Part shown: positions 25,301 through 38,202 of the stretch, piece after piece
Layout of the letters: every line of letters starts with the position of its first letter
How positions within the stretch are numbered: position 1 is the stretch's first letter
Origin: Dendrobates tinctorius
Lineage: Eukaryota
NCBI RefSeq assembly: GCF_039654945.1
Contig: NW_027361806.1
Coordinates: forward strand, 28,024,001-28,088,000
Direction: 5' to 3'
Length of the DNA stretch: 64,000 nucleotides
Notes under the pieces: generated by a model
Databases searched by the model: none
The model's input: only the letters and a program-made list of their open reading frames with translations
What the model was told of the DNA's origin: nothing
Translations under genes and position numbers: made by a program

Positions 25301-26004
25301 CACACTCTATGCATTTAAGCTGGTAAAGTTCATTTGTGATTTTTCCTTCTGCTAGTGTGTGGCCCTCTTTTGAGATGATGCAGCTATCATGCTTAACCCC
25401 TTAACGACCGCCGATACGCCTTTTAACGGCGGTAATTAAGGGTACTAAAACCACAGCGCCGTTAATTCACGGCGCTGTGATTTAAGTGAATAGCGCCCCC
25501 CAGTGTCGGATTTTCTCCGGGGTCTCGGCTGCCAGGGGTAGCCGAGACCCCAGAGAACATGAATCGGTCGGTTTTTACCGACCCCCGCTTTTGCGATCAC
25601 CGTTATTAACCCTATAGCGGCAACCACAAAAAAAAAAAAAGCCGCGATTTTACATTTAATTTCTCTCTCCTCTGATGTGATCGCACATCAGAGGAGAGAG
25701 AAATAGGGTCCCCGATCCCCCCCTGGTACCTCTCCGTGGCCCTCTGTCCCCTCCCGGTGGTCCCACGTCCCGCCGGCATCCTCCGATGGGCGCCGCCATC
25801 TTGAAAATGGCGGGTGCATGCGCAGTGCGCCCGCCGGGAATCTGCCGGCTCCGGCTGGCAGATTCCATTCATTATTTTGATCACTATGATAAACGATCAT
25901 AGTGATCAAAATAAAAAAAATAGTACATAACCCCCCCGTTTATCACTCCCTTATATAGGCCAATATAATGAAATAAAGAAAATATTTTTTTTTTCAGTTT
26001 TCCA

Positions 26005-26281
26005 TTAGGGTTAGGGTTAGGGTAGGGTTAGGGCTAGGGTTAGGGTAGGGCTAGGGTAGGGTTAGGGCTAGGGTAGGGTTAGGGCTAGGGTTAGGGTAGG
26101 GTTGGGCTAGGGTTAGGGTTGGGCTAGGGTTGGGCTAGGGTTAGGCTAGGGTTAGGGTTGTGCTAGGGCTAGGGCTCGGGTCATGACTAGGGTTAGAATT
26201 AGGGTTAGGGCAAACTAGAATTAGGGTTAGAATTAGGATTAGGGTTGGGATTAGGGTTAGGGGTGTGTTGGGGTTAGGGTT
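26005..26281 (+). repeat. Degenerate interstitial telomeric array (TTAGGG with CTAGGG, TAGGG, TTGGG and TTAGAA variants)
   Basis: ttagggttagggttagggtagggttagggctaggg..., about 45 units. Confidence 0.92.
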
Positions 26282-26371
26282 GGAGCAAGAATTGAGGGGT
26301 TTCCACTATTTGCCAACTTTGGGGGTCTAAAAATTGGTGTCTAAAAAATCACTTTTGTGGAAATAAAAAAA

Positions 26372-27500
26372 GACTTTTTATTTTCACGGCTCTGCGTTTA
26401 TAAACTTTTGTGAAGCGCTTGGGGGTTCAAAGTGCTCACCACACATCTATATAAGTTCATTATGAGGTCTAATTTCCAAAATGGGGTCACTTGTGGGGGG
26501 GGTTTCCACTGTTTAGGCCCATCAGGGGCTCTGCAAGCGCAACATGATGCCCGCAGACCATTCCATCAAAGTCTGCATTCCAAAATGGCACTCCTTCCCT
26601 TCCGAGCTCTCCCATGCGCCCAAACAGTGGTTCCCCCCCACATATGGGGTATCGGCGTACTCAGGACAAATCGCATAACAACTGTGCGGGTATGATTTCT
26701 CCTGTTACCCTTGTAAAAATAAAAATTTGGGGGCGACAAGATCATCTTTGTGGAAAAAAAATGGATTTTTTATTTTCACGGCTCTACGTTATAAACTTCT
26801 GTGAAGCACTTGAAGGTTCAAAGTGCTCACCACACATCTAGATAAGTTCCTTAATGGGTCTAGTTTCCAAAATGGGGTCACTTGTGGGGGGTTTCCACTG
26901 TTTAGGCCCATCAGGGGCTCTGCAAGCGCAACATGATGCCCGCAGACCATTCCATCAAAGTCTGCATTCCAAAATGGCACTCCTTCCCTTCCGAGCTCTC
27001 CCATGCGCCCAAACAGTGGTTCCCCCCCACATATGGGGTATCGGCGTACTCAGGACAAATCGCATAACAACTGTGCGGGTATGAATTCTCCTGTTACCCT
27101 TGTAGAAAATAAAAATTTGGGGGCGAAAAGATCATCTTTGTGGAAAAAAATAGATTTCTTATTTTCACGGCTCTACGTTATAAACTTTTGTGAAGCGCTT
27201 GGGGGTTCAAAGTGCTCACCACACATCTAGATAAGTTCCTTAATGGGTCTAGTTTCCAAAATGGGGTCACTTGTTGGAGGTTTCCACTGTTTAGGTACAT
27301 TAAGGGCTCTCCGAACGCAACATGGCATCCGATCTCAATTCCAGCCAATTCTGCGTTGAAAAAGTCAAACGGCGCTCCATCCCTTGCGAGCTCTGCCGTG
27401 TGCTGAAATAGTGGTTTACCCCCACATATAGGGTATCGGCGTATTCAGGAGAAATTGTACAACAAATTTTGTGGTTGATTTTCTCTTTTAACATTTGTGA
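26372..27500. repeat. About three tandem 389-bp internal repeats
   Basis: Unit starts near 26372, 26764 and 27153. ORFs 26614 and 27003 are offset by 389. The third unit is more diverged. Confidence 0.9.
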
Positions 27501-29503
27501 AACTTCTTGAATGTGGTTTTGAGCACCTTGAGGGGTTTAGTGTTTAGAATGGTGCCACTTTTGGGTATTTTCTGTCATGTACACCCCTCAAAATGACTTT
27601 AAATATGATGTGGTCCCTAAAAAAAAATGGTTTTGTAAATTTTGTTGTAAAAATGAGAAATCGCTGGTCAACGTTTAACCCTTATAACGTCCTAACAAAA
27701 AATTTTGCTTCCAAAATTGTGCTGATGTAAAGTAGACATGTGGGAAATGTTATTTATTAAGAAATTTGTGTGACACATCTCTCTGATTTGACGGCATAAA
27801 AATGTAAAGTTTTAAAATTGCAAAATTTTAAAAATTTTCGCCATATTTCCATTTTTTTCATAAATAAACACAAGACTTATCGAAGAAGTTTTACCACTAA
27901 TATGAAGTACAATATGTCACGAAAAAACAGTCTTAGAATCAGCGGGATCCATTAAAGCGTTCCAGAGTTATAACCTCATAAAGGGACAGTGGTCAGAATT
28001 GTAAAAATTGGCCTGGTCATTAAGCTGCAAACTGGCTCTGTCGCTAAGGGGTTAAATGTAACTTCATTTCCTTGTTTTGTGAGTTTCTTCACAGATAGTA
28101 AATTACTCTCAAGACTAGGCACATAGAGCACATCTTTTACTGGGATCTTCTTGCTTTGTGTTGGTGAGATTTGACAATCAATATAACCATCTCCTATACC
28201 TTGTGAAGTCATGTACTGACCATTAGCCATAATCACTTTCTCTGACTTACTTTGGTTAAGCTTAGAAAAGAAGTCCCTGTTATTAGTCATGTGACTAGTT
28301 GCTCCAGAGTCTATAAACCATGCATGCTTTGATGTATTTACACTGACAGTAAAGGCATTTTCAGTATTCACAGAATCATTTTCTGCAGACACAGCACTTT
28401 TAACCCTTTGAAGACTGCTTTGCTTTTTCAGCTGATTCATTCTAGCTTTCCAGACTCTGCAGTCGGCTTTCAAATGTCCTGATTTCTTGCAAACAAAACA
28501 TTCACGTGTTTCTTTTAGGTGCTTTCTGTTATCATTTAGATTTTGTGTCTGTAAAGCAGATTCTGCACCGCATGTCCTGCTGTTTACACCTTCCGCTTAT
28601 ATTCATCTATGAGCTTCCCTCTGACATACTCCAATGTAAGCTCATCATCTGGGCGCGCATCTAGTGCGGTTACAAGCGTGTCATAGTTTTCTGGAAGACC
28701 ACTAAGCAGTAATGCGGCTACATGAAAGTCCTTCAAATCTTCCCCAATGCCTCTCAGGCGTTCTACAATCTCTAGAATGCTTGTTATGTAGTCCTGCATA
28801 TCCTGGCCATTCTGTAGTTTAGACTGGTACAATTTTCTCATGAGATAGTTTATTGCTTAAATTTATCCTCTCATGCGCCTTTTGCAGCTGCTCGCACATT
28901 TCTCTTGCAGTTTCACTTTTACACACATGCACAATCTGATCATCATCTATACTGAGTGATATGGTACTTTGTGCTTTCTGATCCATCTCTATCCACTCCT
29001 GTGATACTGGGTCAGGTTTCGGGTCCTGTGTGTATTTCCACGCACCTTCTCTTATCAGCAGCATTTTCACTTTGAATTTCCAGGATTGATAATTCTGGTT
29101 AGAGAGACTTGGTACTGTAAACTTCATGGAGTTGCTGCTGCTGGTGGCCATCTTTGCGGTCTTCCTTTCTTTTCTCTGTGCTCTGGGGATCTGGGACTCT
29201 AGGACTCTGGGCCCATAACCTGTTAGCAGCGGATTAATCAGCGTAACATCCAGAGTCAGCAACACAGAATGTAGATTTATTCATATCCAGGCTGAACAGC
29301 TTACAGCATGAAATGTGATCACTCTGGTATCTGCTGTGGCTTGCAGCATGGGAGCATTATAACAACAAGAAGGGAAGAGAAGGAGGGGGCATCCTGTCTG
29401 TTTTTTTTTTTGTCACTGAACTTTGTTAACAATATCACAATCTATAAAAAAGTACAGTAGTAGTTGTTGCAATACATACAGATCAATATGCATTATTCCA
29501 ACA

Positions 29504-29690
29504 CGCTGGACTTCGTGAGCCTCCAGAGAGGGGCGCTGGGTGTCGTGAGCGGAGAGAGGCGCTGAGTGGGGAGGGGCGCTGGAATTCGTGAGCCTCCAGA
29601 GAGGGGCGCTGGGTGTCGTGAGCGGAGAGGGGAGCTGGAATTCGTGAGCCTCCAGAGAGGGGGGCTGGGTGTCGTGAGCGGAGAGGGGCG
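29504..29690. repeat. Right half of the minisatellite split by Copia
   Basis: Same gagcggagaggggcgctgggtgtcgt unit. Confidence 0.85.
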
Positions 29691-30284
29691 CCGAGCATCA
29701 CAGCCTCAGCCATCAAATATTGACTTATCATAACAGTATAATACACCGGAAGACTCCTTTTACTATTTAAAAAATAAAGCGGAAAAAGTCAAACGACAAG
29801 AACGGATTTTATTTCAGTCGCTGCGTTCATCATAAAATAAGATCAAAATGTGATAACTGCATCAGAATGGCCTAAAGCCGCCGCCTGTCACACAACACAC
29901 GAGCGCTCATTACACGGCCGCACAAATCAGAGGTTTTTATTTTTTTACAAACAGTAGAATATTTGTAGCCACTTTTCGCATCGCCGTAACGCTCCGTCCA
30001 GAGGAATCATGTTCCCCAATTATTGTTACCAAATAACGAACACTGTAAAAAACCAAACCAAGAAACATCGACGTCGCAGCATCGCGCCTCCATTCACTAC
30101 ACTCGAAATTAGATTTTTTTCCTGTTATGTGGTAAAGTGAACGGTGTCAAATCTACAAGTCGCCTCCTGCAGAAAACCAGCGTCAAAGCGATAGTGAAAA
30201 GGTGGGAAGGGCTGAAATGAAGGGGTTAAAAATGACAAAAACATTTATAACCAAATAAAAGCCACAAGAAAAATGAAGAAACCT

Positions 30285-32808
30285 GAGAGGAGAGGAGGAC
30301 AAGGGAGGGGAAGACAGAGGAGGGGAAGACAGGGGAGGGGGGGAGAGGAGGGGAGGACAGGGGAGAGGAGGGGAGGACAGGGGAGGAGAGGAGGACAGAG
30401 GAGGAGAGGAGGACAGAGGAGGAGAGGAGGACAGGGGAGGAGAGGAGGACAGGGGAGGAGAGGAGGACAGGGGAGGGGAGAGGAGGACAGGGGAAGGGAG
30501 GAAGACAGGGGAAGGGAGGAAGACAGGGGAAGGGAGGAAGACAGGGGAAGGGAGGAAGACAGGGGAAGGGAGGAAGACAGGGGAGGGGAAGACAGAGGAG
30601 GGGAAGACAGAGGAGGGGAAGACAGAGGAGGGGAGGAAAGGGGAGGACGGGAGAGGAGGAAAGGGGAGGACGGGAGAGGAGGAAAGGGGAGGACGGGAGA
30701 GGAGGAAAGGGGAGGACGGGAGAGGAGGACAGGGGAGGGGAGAGGAGGACAGGGGAGGGGAGAGGACAGGGGAGGGGAGAGGAGGACAGGGGAGGGGAGA
30801 GGAGGACAGGGGAGGGGAGAGGACAGGGGAGGGGAAGACAGAGGAGGGGAGGACAGGGGAGGGGAGGACAGGGGAGGGGAAGACGGGAGAGGAGGAGAGG
30901 ACGGGAGAGGAGGAAAGGGGAGGGGAGAGGAGGACAGGGGAGGGGAGAGGAGGACAGGGGAGGGGAGAGGAGGACATGGGAGGGGAGAGGAGGAGAGGGG
31001 AGGGGAGAGGAGGACAGGNNNNNNNNNNNNNNNNNNNNNNNNNNNNNNNNNNNNNNNNNNNNNNNNNNNNNNNNNNNNNNNNNNNNNNNNNNNNNNNNNN
31101 NNNNNNNNNNNNNNNNNNNNNNNNNNNNNNNNNNNNNNNNNNNNNNNNNNNNNNNNNNNNNNNNNGGGGAAGACAGGGGAGGGGAAGACAGAGGAGGGGA
31201 AGACAGAGGAGGGGAAGACAGAGGAGGGGAGGACGGGAGAGGAGGAAAGGGGAGGACGGGAGAGGAGGAAAGGGGAGGACGGGAGAGGAGGAAAGGGGAG
31301 GGGAGAGGAGGACAGGGGAGGGGAGAGGAGGANNNNNNNNNNNNNNNNNNNNNNNNNNNNNNNNNNNNNNNNNNNNNNNNNNNNNNNNNNNNNNNNNNNN
31401 NNNNNNNNNNNNNNNNNNNNNNNNNNNNNNNNNNNNNNNNNNNNNNNNNNNNNNNNNNNNNNNNNNNNNNNNNNNNNNNNNNNNNNNNNNNNNNNNNNNN
31501 NNNNNNNNNNNNNNNNNNNNNNNNNNNNNNNNNNNNNNNNNNNNNNNNNNNNNNNNNNNNNNNNNNNNNNNNNNNNNNNNNNNNNNNNNNNNNNNNNNNN
31601 NNNNNNNNNNNNNNNNNNNNNNNNNNNNNNNNNNNNNNNNNNNNNNNNNNNNNNNNNNNNNNNNNNNNNNNNNNNNNNNNNNNNNNNNNNNNNNNNNNNN
31701 NNNNNNNNNNNNNNNNNNNNNNNNNNNNNNNNNNNNNNNNNNNNNNNNNNNNNNNNNNNNNNNNNNNNNNNNNNNNNNNNNNNNNNNNNNNNNNNNNNNN
31801 NNNNNNNNNNNNNNNNNNNNNNNNNNNNNNNNNNNNNNNNNNNNNNNNNNNNNNNNNNNNNNNNNNNNNNNNNNNNNNNNNNNNNNNNNNNNNNNNNNNN
31901 NNNNNNNNNNNNNNNNNNNNNNNNNNNNNNNNNNNNNNNNNNNNNNNNNNNNNNNNNNNNNNNNNNNNNNNNNNNNNNNNNNNNNNNNNNNNNNNNNNNN
32001 NNNNNNNNNNNGGAGGAGGGGAGGACAGGGGAGGGGGGGGGAGGAGGGGAGGACAGGGGAGGGGGGGAGAGGAGGGGAGGACAGGGGAGGAGAGGAAGAC
32101 AGGGGAAGGGAGGAGGACAGGGGAAGGGAGGAAGACAGGGGAAGGGAGGAAGACAGGGGAAGGGAGGAGGACAGGGGAAGGGAGGAGGACAGGNNNNNNN
32201 NNNNNNNNNNNNNNNNNNNNNNNNNNNNNNNNNNNNNNNNNNNNNNNNNNNNNNNNNNNNNNNNNNNNNNNNNNNNNNNNNNNNNNNNNNNNNNNNNNNN
32301 NNNNNNNNNNNNNNNNNNNNNNNNNNNNNNNNNNNNNNNNNNNNNNNNNNNNNGGACAGGGGAGAGGAGGACAGGACAGGGGAGAGGAGGACAGGAGGGG
32401 AGAGGAGGACAGGGGAGAGGAGGACAGGGGAAAGGGGGAGAGGAGGGGAGGAAAGGGGGAGAGGAGGGGAGGACAGGGGANNNNNNNNNNNNNNNNNNNN
32501 NNNNNNNNNNNNNNNNNNNNNNNNNNNNNNNNNNNNNNNNNNNNNNNNNNNNNNNNNNNNNNNNNNNNNNNNNNNNNNNNNNNNNNNNNNNNNNNNNNNN
32601 NNNNNNNNNNNNNNGGGAGGACTGGGGAGAGGAGGGGAGGGGAGGACAGGGGAGAGGAGGGGAGGACTGGGGAGAGGAGGGGAGGACTGGGGAGAGGAGG
32701 GGAGGGGAGGACTGGGGAGAGGAGGGGAGGGGAGGACTGGGGAGAGGAGGGGAGGACTGGGGAGAGGAGGGGAGGGGAGGACAGGGGAGAGGAGGGGAGG
32801 ACTGGGGC
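30285..32808. repeat. ~2.5-kb polypurine/polypyrimidine tract (GGAGAGGAGGACAGGG-like) with four N gaps, immediately upstream of RPF1
   Basis: Almost entirely G/A on the + strand. N runs near 31019-31165, 31333-32011, 32194-32353 and 32481-32614. Confidence 0.95.
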
Positions 32809-32864
32809 TGAGACACAGGGAAACAACCGAGGTCAGGCGCAGGAAAGCAACAGCTCTCATTAGG

Positions 32865-32967
32865 CCCCGTCTCCATGACAACATTACCCGGAAGCGGAAG
32901 TGCGACAGTTCTCCCGGAAGAGCCTCGTCTCTATAACAGCCGGAAGCGGAAGTTCGTCTGTTTCCAC
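32865..32967 (+). promoter_or_regulatory. RPF1 CpG-rich promoter with tandem ETS/GABP sites and an X-box-like motif
   Basis: CCGGAAGCGGAAGT at 32888-32901 and 32940-32953; CCGGAAG at 32914; GTCTCCATGACAAC at 32869-32882. Confidence 0.65.
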
Positions 32968-33186
32968 ATGGCGGCGGGAAGGAGCTCCGGGGCCGCGGAG
33001 AGTAAAAAACGAAAGAAGAGTAAAAGTGAAGCCCCGGAGGAGGGGAGCGATGTGGCGGGCGGCGGGGGGCCCGGAGCCGGGGGGGAGCAGCCCGTGTCCT
33101 TCCCTCCTTTCTTCTCGGTGTCTGAGATCAAGAACAAGCAGCGCAGACACTTCATGTTCATGAGGCTGAAGATGGAGAAGCGGAAG
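32968..33186 (+). CDS. RPF1: Ribosome production factor 1, coding exon 1
   Basis: acATGGcg start. Encodes MAAGRSSG...FSVSEIKNKQRRHFMFMRLKMEKRK, then |gtgaga. Confidence 0.92.
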
Positions 33187-33960
33187 GTGAGAGGCGGCGG
33201 AGCGACCAATCGCATCACGGCTACAGCCCTGAGAGCTGCGCGCGGATTGGTCTCTAGGCGGCTGCCGGTTGTTATGGCAGCGGTCTGTCGGGCTCTCCAC
33301 AGATATTTGGGGGCCCGTGGCCGCCCCGTGGGTGTTTGTCCCTGGTTTTTCTGGTATTACGCTCGCACCTGCCGGAGTAAGGTGACGACAATGTGACGTG
33401 CCCCTCGAAGTGTCTGCGTCAGGAGACAGCGTCCCTCCCAGGCTTGTGAGGACATGTTATTGGTGGGGAAGTGCCGAAACCTCCGTATGTCCGACCCTCG
33501 ACCTGTGAGAATGTGACGCCCCCTATTGGCTGCTGCTTTACCCCCATGTCTAGTGCCCCCGCTATTGCCCCATGTCCAGACTCTATGGCCGCAGCCTCCT
33601 CTCCGGGGGTCTGTACTCTGCCCCACACCTGGCCTGGCACATACTTTCGGGCCACAGCCTCTGCCCCATCAGGGCTGACGTTCACTGCTGCTGATTATAT
33701 GGAGAAGGGTAATGGGCAAACAGTCTTACGGCGTTGTAGCCTGAGTGGGCAACATTGTACGGGGGCGACGGAGCCTCCTGACGAAGTGCGATCATACATA
33801 ATGGGCGCAGTCAGAGAGCAGCCATCGCCGACATCCCCCAGGTGACTTACTGGGCTTTACCTGGTCCGGACCACTGGATGTGTCATGGGATATTGTGGAA
33901 TTGTATCCAAACTGACTTTCACTTTGTTTGTTTTTACATTTTATAGGCACTGACACATCC

Positions 33961-34165
33961 TGCGGGGGAGGGAGTGGATCCTGCAGATCGGGGGGGGGGG
34001 AGGGAGTGGATCCTGCAGATCGGGGGGGGGAAGGGAGGGAGTGGATCCTGCAGATCGGGGGGGAAGGGAGGGAGTGAGTGGATCCTGCAGATCGGGGGGG
34101 AAGGGAGGGAGGGAGTGAGTGGATCCTGCAGATCGGGGGGGAAGGGAGGGAGTGAGTGGATCCTG
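33961..34165. repeat. G-rich ~35-bp minisatellite in RPF1 intron 1
   Basis: gggagggagtgagtggatcctgcagatcggggggg repeated ~6 times. Confidence 0.85.
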
Positions 34166-34625
34166 CCCCCCCATCGCTCACATTTTCTTTCCCTTGCTCA
34201 GGAGGCAGCAGTGATTACACAGCATGTTGTGGGGGCTCAGTGGAAAGTCTCTAAACCAGGACCCCCGACCTCCACCGTTCTGCATTGTGTTTCAAGTGTA
34301 GGCGCACTGTAAGCTGTACCAGGCTCTGTTCACATGTCCATTTGTCTTATTCTTACTCTACAAAAACAGACCCCACAATAATCACTTGGTCTTTTCTGCT
34401 CCTGTTTGGAACCAATCACTTTTCCCATTTATTCCTAAAAACAAGCACAAACAATGTCAGAACGGACCTGGGAGCAGAGTCTGAGTCTTCGCCCTTCAGC
34501 CACAAGCCATGGTTGTGTTTTTACATGGGGAAAGTTTTGGAATATTGTAGTTTCCTTCTGTTTGGTAATGTGATGTCCCAACTTCTGCAGAGATAGGCAG
34601 TGATGTATCTGTCATTTTCTTGCAG

Positions 34626-34682
34626 GCGAAGCTCGCTCTGAAGAAGAAACGTAAGAAGGAGAGAGAGGCGCTTGGAGACAAG
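34626..34682 (+). CDS. RPF1: RPF1 exon 2
   Basis: tgcag| AKLALKKKRKKEREALGDK |gtac. Confidence 0.93.
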
Positions 34683-34799
34683 GTACATTGTGACCCTCAG
34701 ATCATATGAGGAGGGGGTTTAACTACTTTAAATTGCTTTTTCATAGTGACGTTACTGGCATTAAGTGTTCTGTATTAATTTCTTTACATCTATAAATAG

Positions 34800-34880
34800 G
34801 CTCCACCAAAACCTGTTCCCAAAACCATAGAAAATCAGCGGGTGTACGACGAGACCACGGTGGATCCAGCGGACGAGGAG
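34800..34880 (+). CDS. RPF1: RPF1 exon 3
   Basis: aatag| [27 protein letters not shown] |gtaaa. Confidence 0.95.
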
Positions 34881-35397
34881 GTAAAAGCTGACGCACTTGA
34901 TTCCTCTGAGCGCGGTATAATATATTGCTCCTTTCCTGTCATTTCTTAATTACATTTTGCAAATAAAAGTAAAGTCATCATCACTAGTTTATAAGCTGAG
35001 TTAATCTGTTCTCTCAGGCCCATTCAGACTTTTCGAATGCAGGTGCATTTTGGCATCTATGTTGTGGTTGGAAGTCCCAGCCCATTGGCTTTGTGAGCAA
35101 AATGAACGTTATCAAAAGGGATCCATGACTGTTAGTTGGGGCCATTACATGCTGTCAGGCCTATAGGACTTGAAGCCATAAAAATATGCATCCAAATTAC
35201 AGCTGTCTGAATGAGGCCTTACCCCCTGAGAATACATGATGAGATTCTGGGTGCTCCGATCTGATACCGGTCCTGGTTCAGTAGCATGGATCTGTTACAG
35301 GTTTTGTGATGTGAGGTGCATCAGTCCTTCCATATGAAGCCTGGCATCACTGCACTCTTGAGCTTTCATAAACTGCCCGTGTTTAACCTTGCTCCTA

Positions 35398-37025
<1,628 letters not shown>

Positions 37026-37205
37026 TATAACCCATTTTCCTTGTATATTTGTATTGTATTTTTGCAGTAGGGATCAGATCCGTTAATAATACATCAATAC
37101 TGCCATAATACTAGATTTATAGCCTGAGCTGAGCCCTGTAGTGATTTTTCTATACATCTGGATTTTGTGCTTTGATGGTTATTTTCCACGCTCTTCTCAT
37201 TCTAG

Positions 37206-37301
37206 GTGGCGTATGATGAAGCTACAGATGACTTTGCGCCTTATTTTAACAGAAAGACAACACCCAAAATCCTCATCACAACATCTGACCGGCCCCGCGG
37301 T
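37206..37301 (+). CDS. RPF1: RPF1 exon 4
   Basis: tctag| [32 protein letters not shown] |gtacgt. Confidence 0.95.
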
Positions 37302-37772
37302 GTACGTAACTGCTGATTTTTCAATCCATTCTTTATTTTAGTGCCGTATTAGCTCTATTATATTCATTGTCTTACGTATTGTACATTTTTTGTTTGTAAT
37401 GTCACAAGAATCAGTCTTAAGTTTAAAGGGGTATTATTTCAATATAAGGCTACTATGGCATGTCTACAGGATGTACCACAAGTGTCAGAGATTTTACTTC
37501 CACGTATAGGAACTGCACCTATGTCCACCTACTCCAGTTCTGCAACCAGATGGAAAAGAGCGAGATCTGCGCACATGTGCATTCACCTCTCCATTTATTT
37601 TCCACATGGAAGCACTCGCTGCATCTGTTATGTAGATGCGGGACCTGCACCTGTCAGACAATTCTGCTAGCATCTAGCAGCCTGTGGAGTCATGCGGAGA
37701 CTTGCAGTATCCCAGTGGCTATGTGGGATTCTGAGAATAGGTTCTTACTTTTTTACTTTTCTTCTCTTCCAG

Positions 37773-37926
37773 CGTACAGTACGGTTTACAGAGCAGCTAT
37801 CTTCCATTATACCCAACTCACAAGTGTATTACAGGAGGGGTCTTGCCCTGAAGAAGATTATCCCACAATGTATCGCCAGAGATTACACAGATCTCATCGT
37901 AATCAATGAAGATCGGAAGATTGCAA
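37773..37926 (+). CDS. RPF1: RPF1 exon 5 (Brix domain)
   Basis: tccag| [51 protein letters not shown] |GTATCCTTT. Confidence 0.95.
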
Positions 37927-38119
37927 GTATCCTTTCAAAAAAACAATTCTCCCTTTTCTTGTGTTTTGTCATAAACAAAATATTTCCTTGTGCCGAGGAT
38001 CCATCTGACCATTTCTTGCATACAATGTTGTTAATTTTACACAATGTAACAAATAGAAAAGCTGAACTTGGGTTTTCAAAGAGTTTATTTCCTAGTTGTA
38101 TCCTTAACCCGACCATCAG
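37927..38119 (+). other. RPF1: U12-type (minor spliceosome) GT-AG intron, 193 nt
   Basis: 5' splice site GTATCCTTT. Branch point TCCTTAAC at 38101-38108, ~10 nt before CAG. No polypyrimidine tract. Frame is restored across the junction (A+AT = Asn). Confidence 0.93.
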
Positions 38120-38202
38120 ATGGGCTGATCCTCAGTCATTTGCCCAATGGACCGACGGCTCATTTCAAGATGAGTAACGTCCGACTGCGCAAAGAAATCA
38201 AG
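38120..38202 (+). CDS. RPF1: RPF1 exon 6
   Basis: [28 protein letters not shown] |gtacga (Brix HLPxGPT motif). Confidence 0.95.

Larger units (their letters stand above)
25397..28051. mobile_element. Non-autonomous TTAA-target (piggyBac-type) DNA transposon nested in Copia
   Basis: ttaa|CCCCTTAACGAC...GTCGCTAAGGGG|ttaa. Removing it restores the Copia frame. No transposase ORF. Confidence 0.9.
22650..29151 (-). pseudogene. Copia gag-pol polyprotein, broken by frameshifts, stops and a 2.65-kb insertion
   Basis: Fragments 28819-29265, 28584-28841, 27976-28473, 24383-25048, 23502-24179, 23185-23652 and 22650-23249. Removing the insertion restores NEVTF-KHDSCII. Confidence 0.9.
22350..29503 (-). 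mobile_element. Ty1/Copia LTR retrotransposon (degenerate), 5-bp TSD CGCTG
   Basis: LTRs 22350-22631 and 29221-29503 (TG...CA, roughly 95% identical by eye). PBS GGTTATGGGCCCAG abuts the 5' LTR (29207-29220); PPT GTTGAGTGGGGG (22632-22643). Domain order gag, Zn knuckle, PR (WFIDSGATSHM), INT (RADNGTEY, QNGVAERRNR), RT (YVDD), RH (YVDADWAG). Confidence 0.96.

Noticed and set aside
26005-26281. Telomeric tract as evidence of an ancestral chromosome fusion
   Set aside because: The tract has a single orientation with no head-to-head junction, and it lies within a transposon nested in a retrotransposon inside a conserved syntenic block.
30183-32936. 600-900-aa Pro/Ser- or Gly/Arg/Glu-rich ORFs (extensin-like)
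   Set aside because: Translations of a stop-poor purine tract bridged by N gaps; open in several frames on both strands.
32875-32967. In-frame upstream ATG extending RPF1 by 31 aa
   Set aside because: It lies among the ETS promoter motifs, probably upstream of the TSS. ATG 32968 gives a 346-aa protein close to the expected size.
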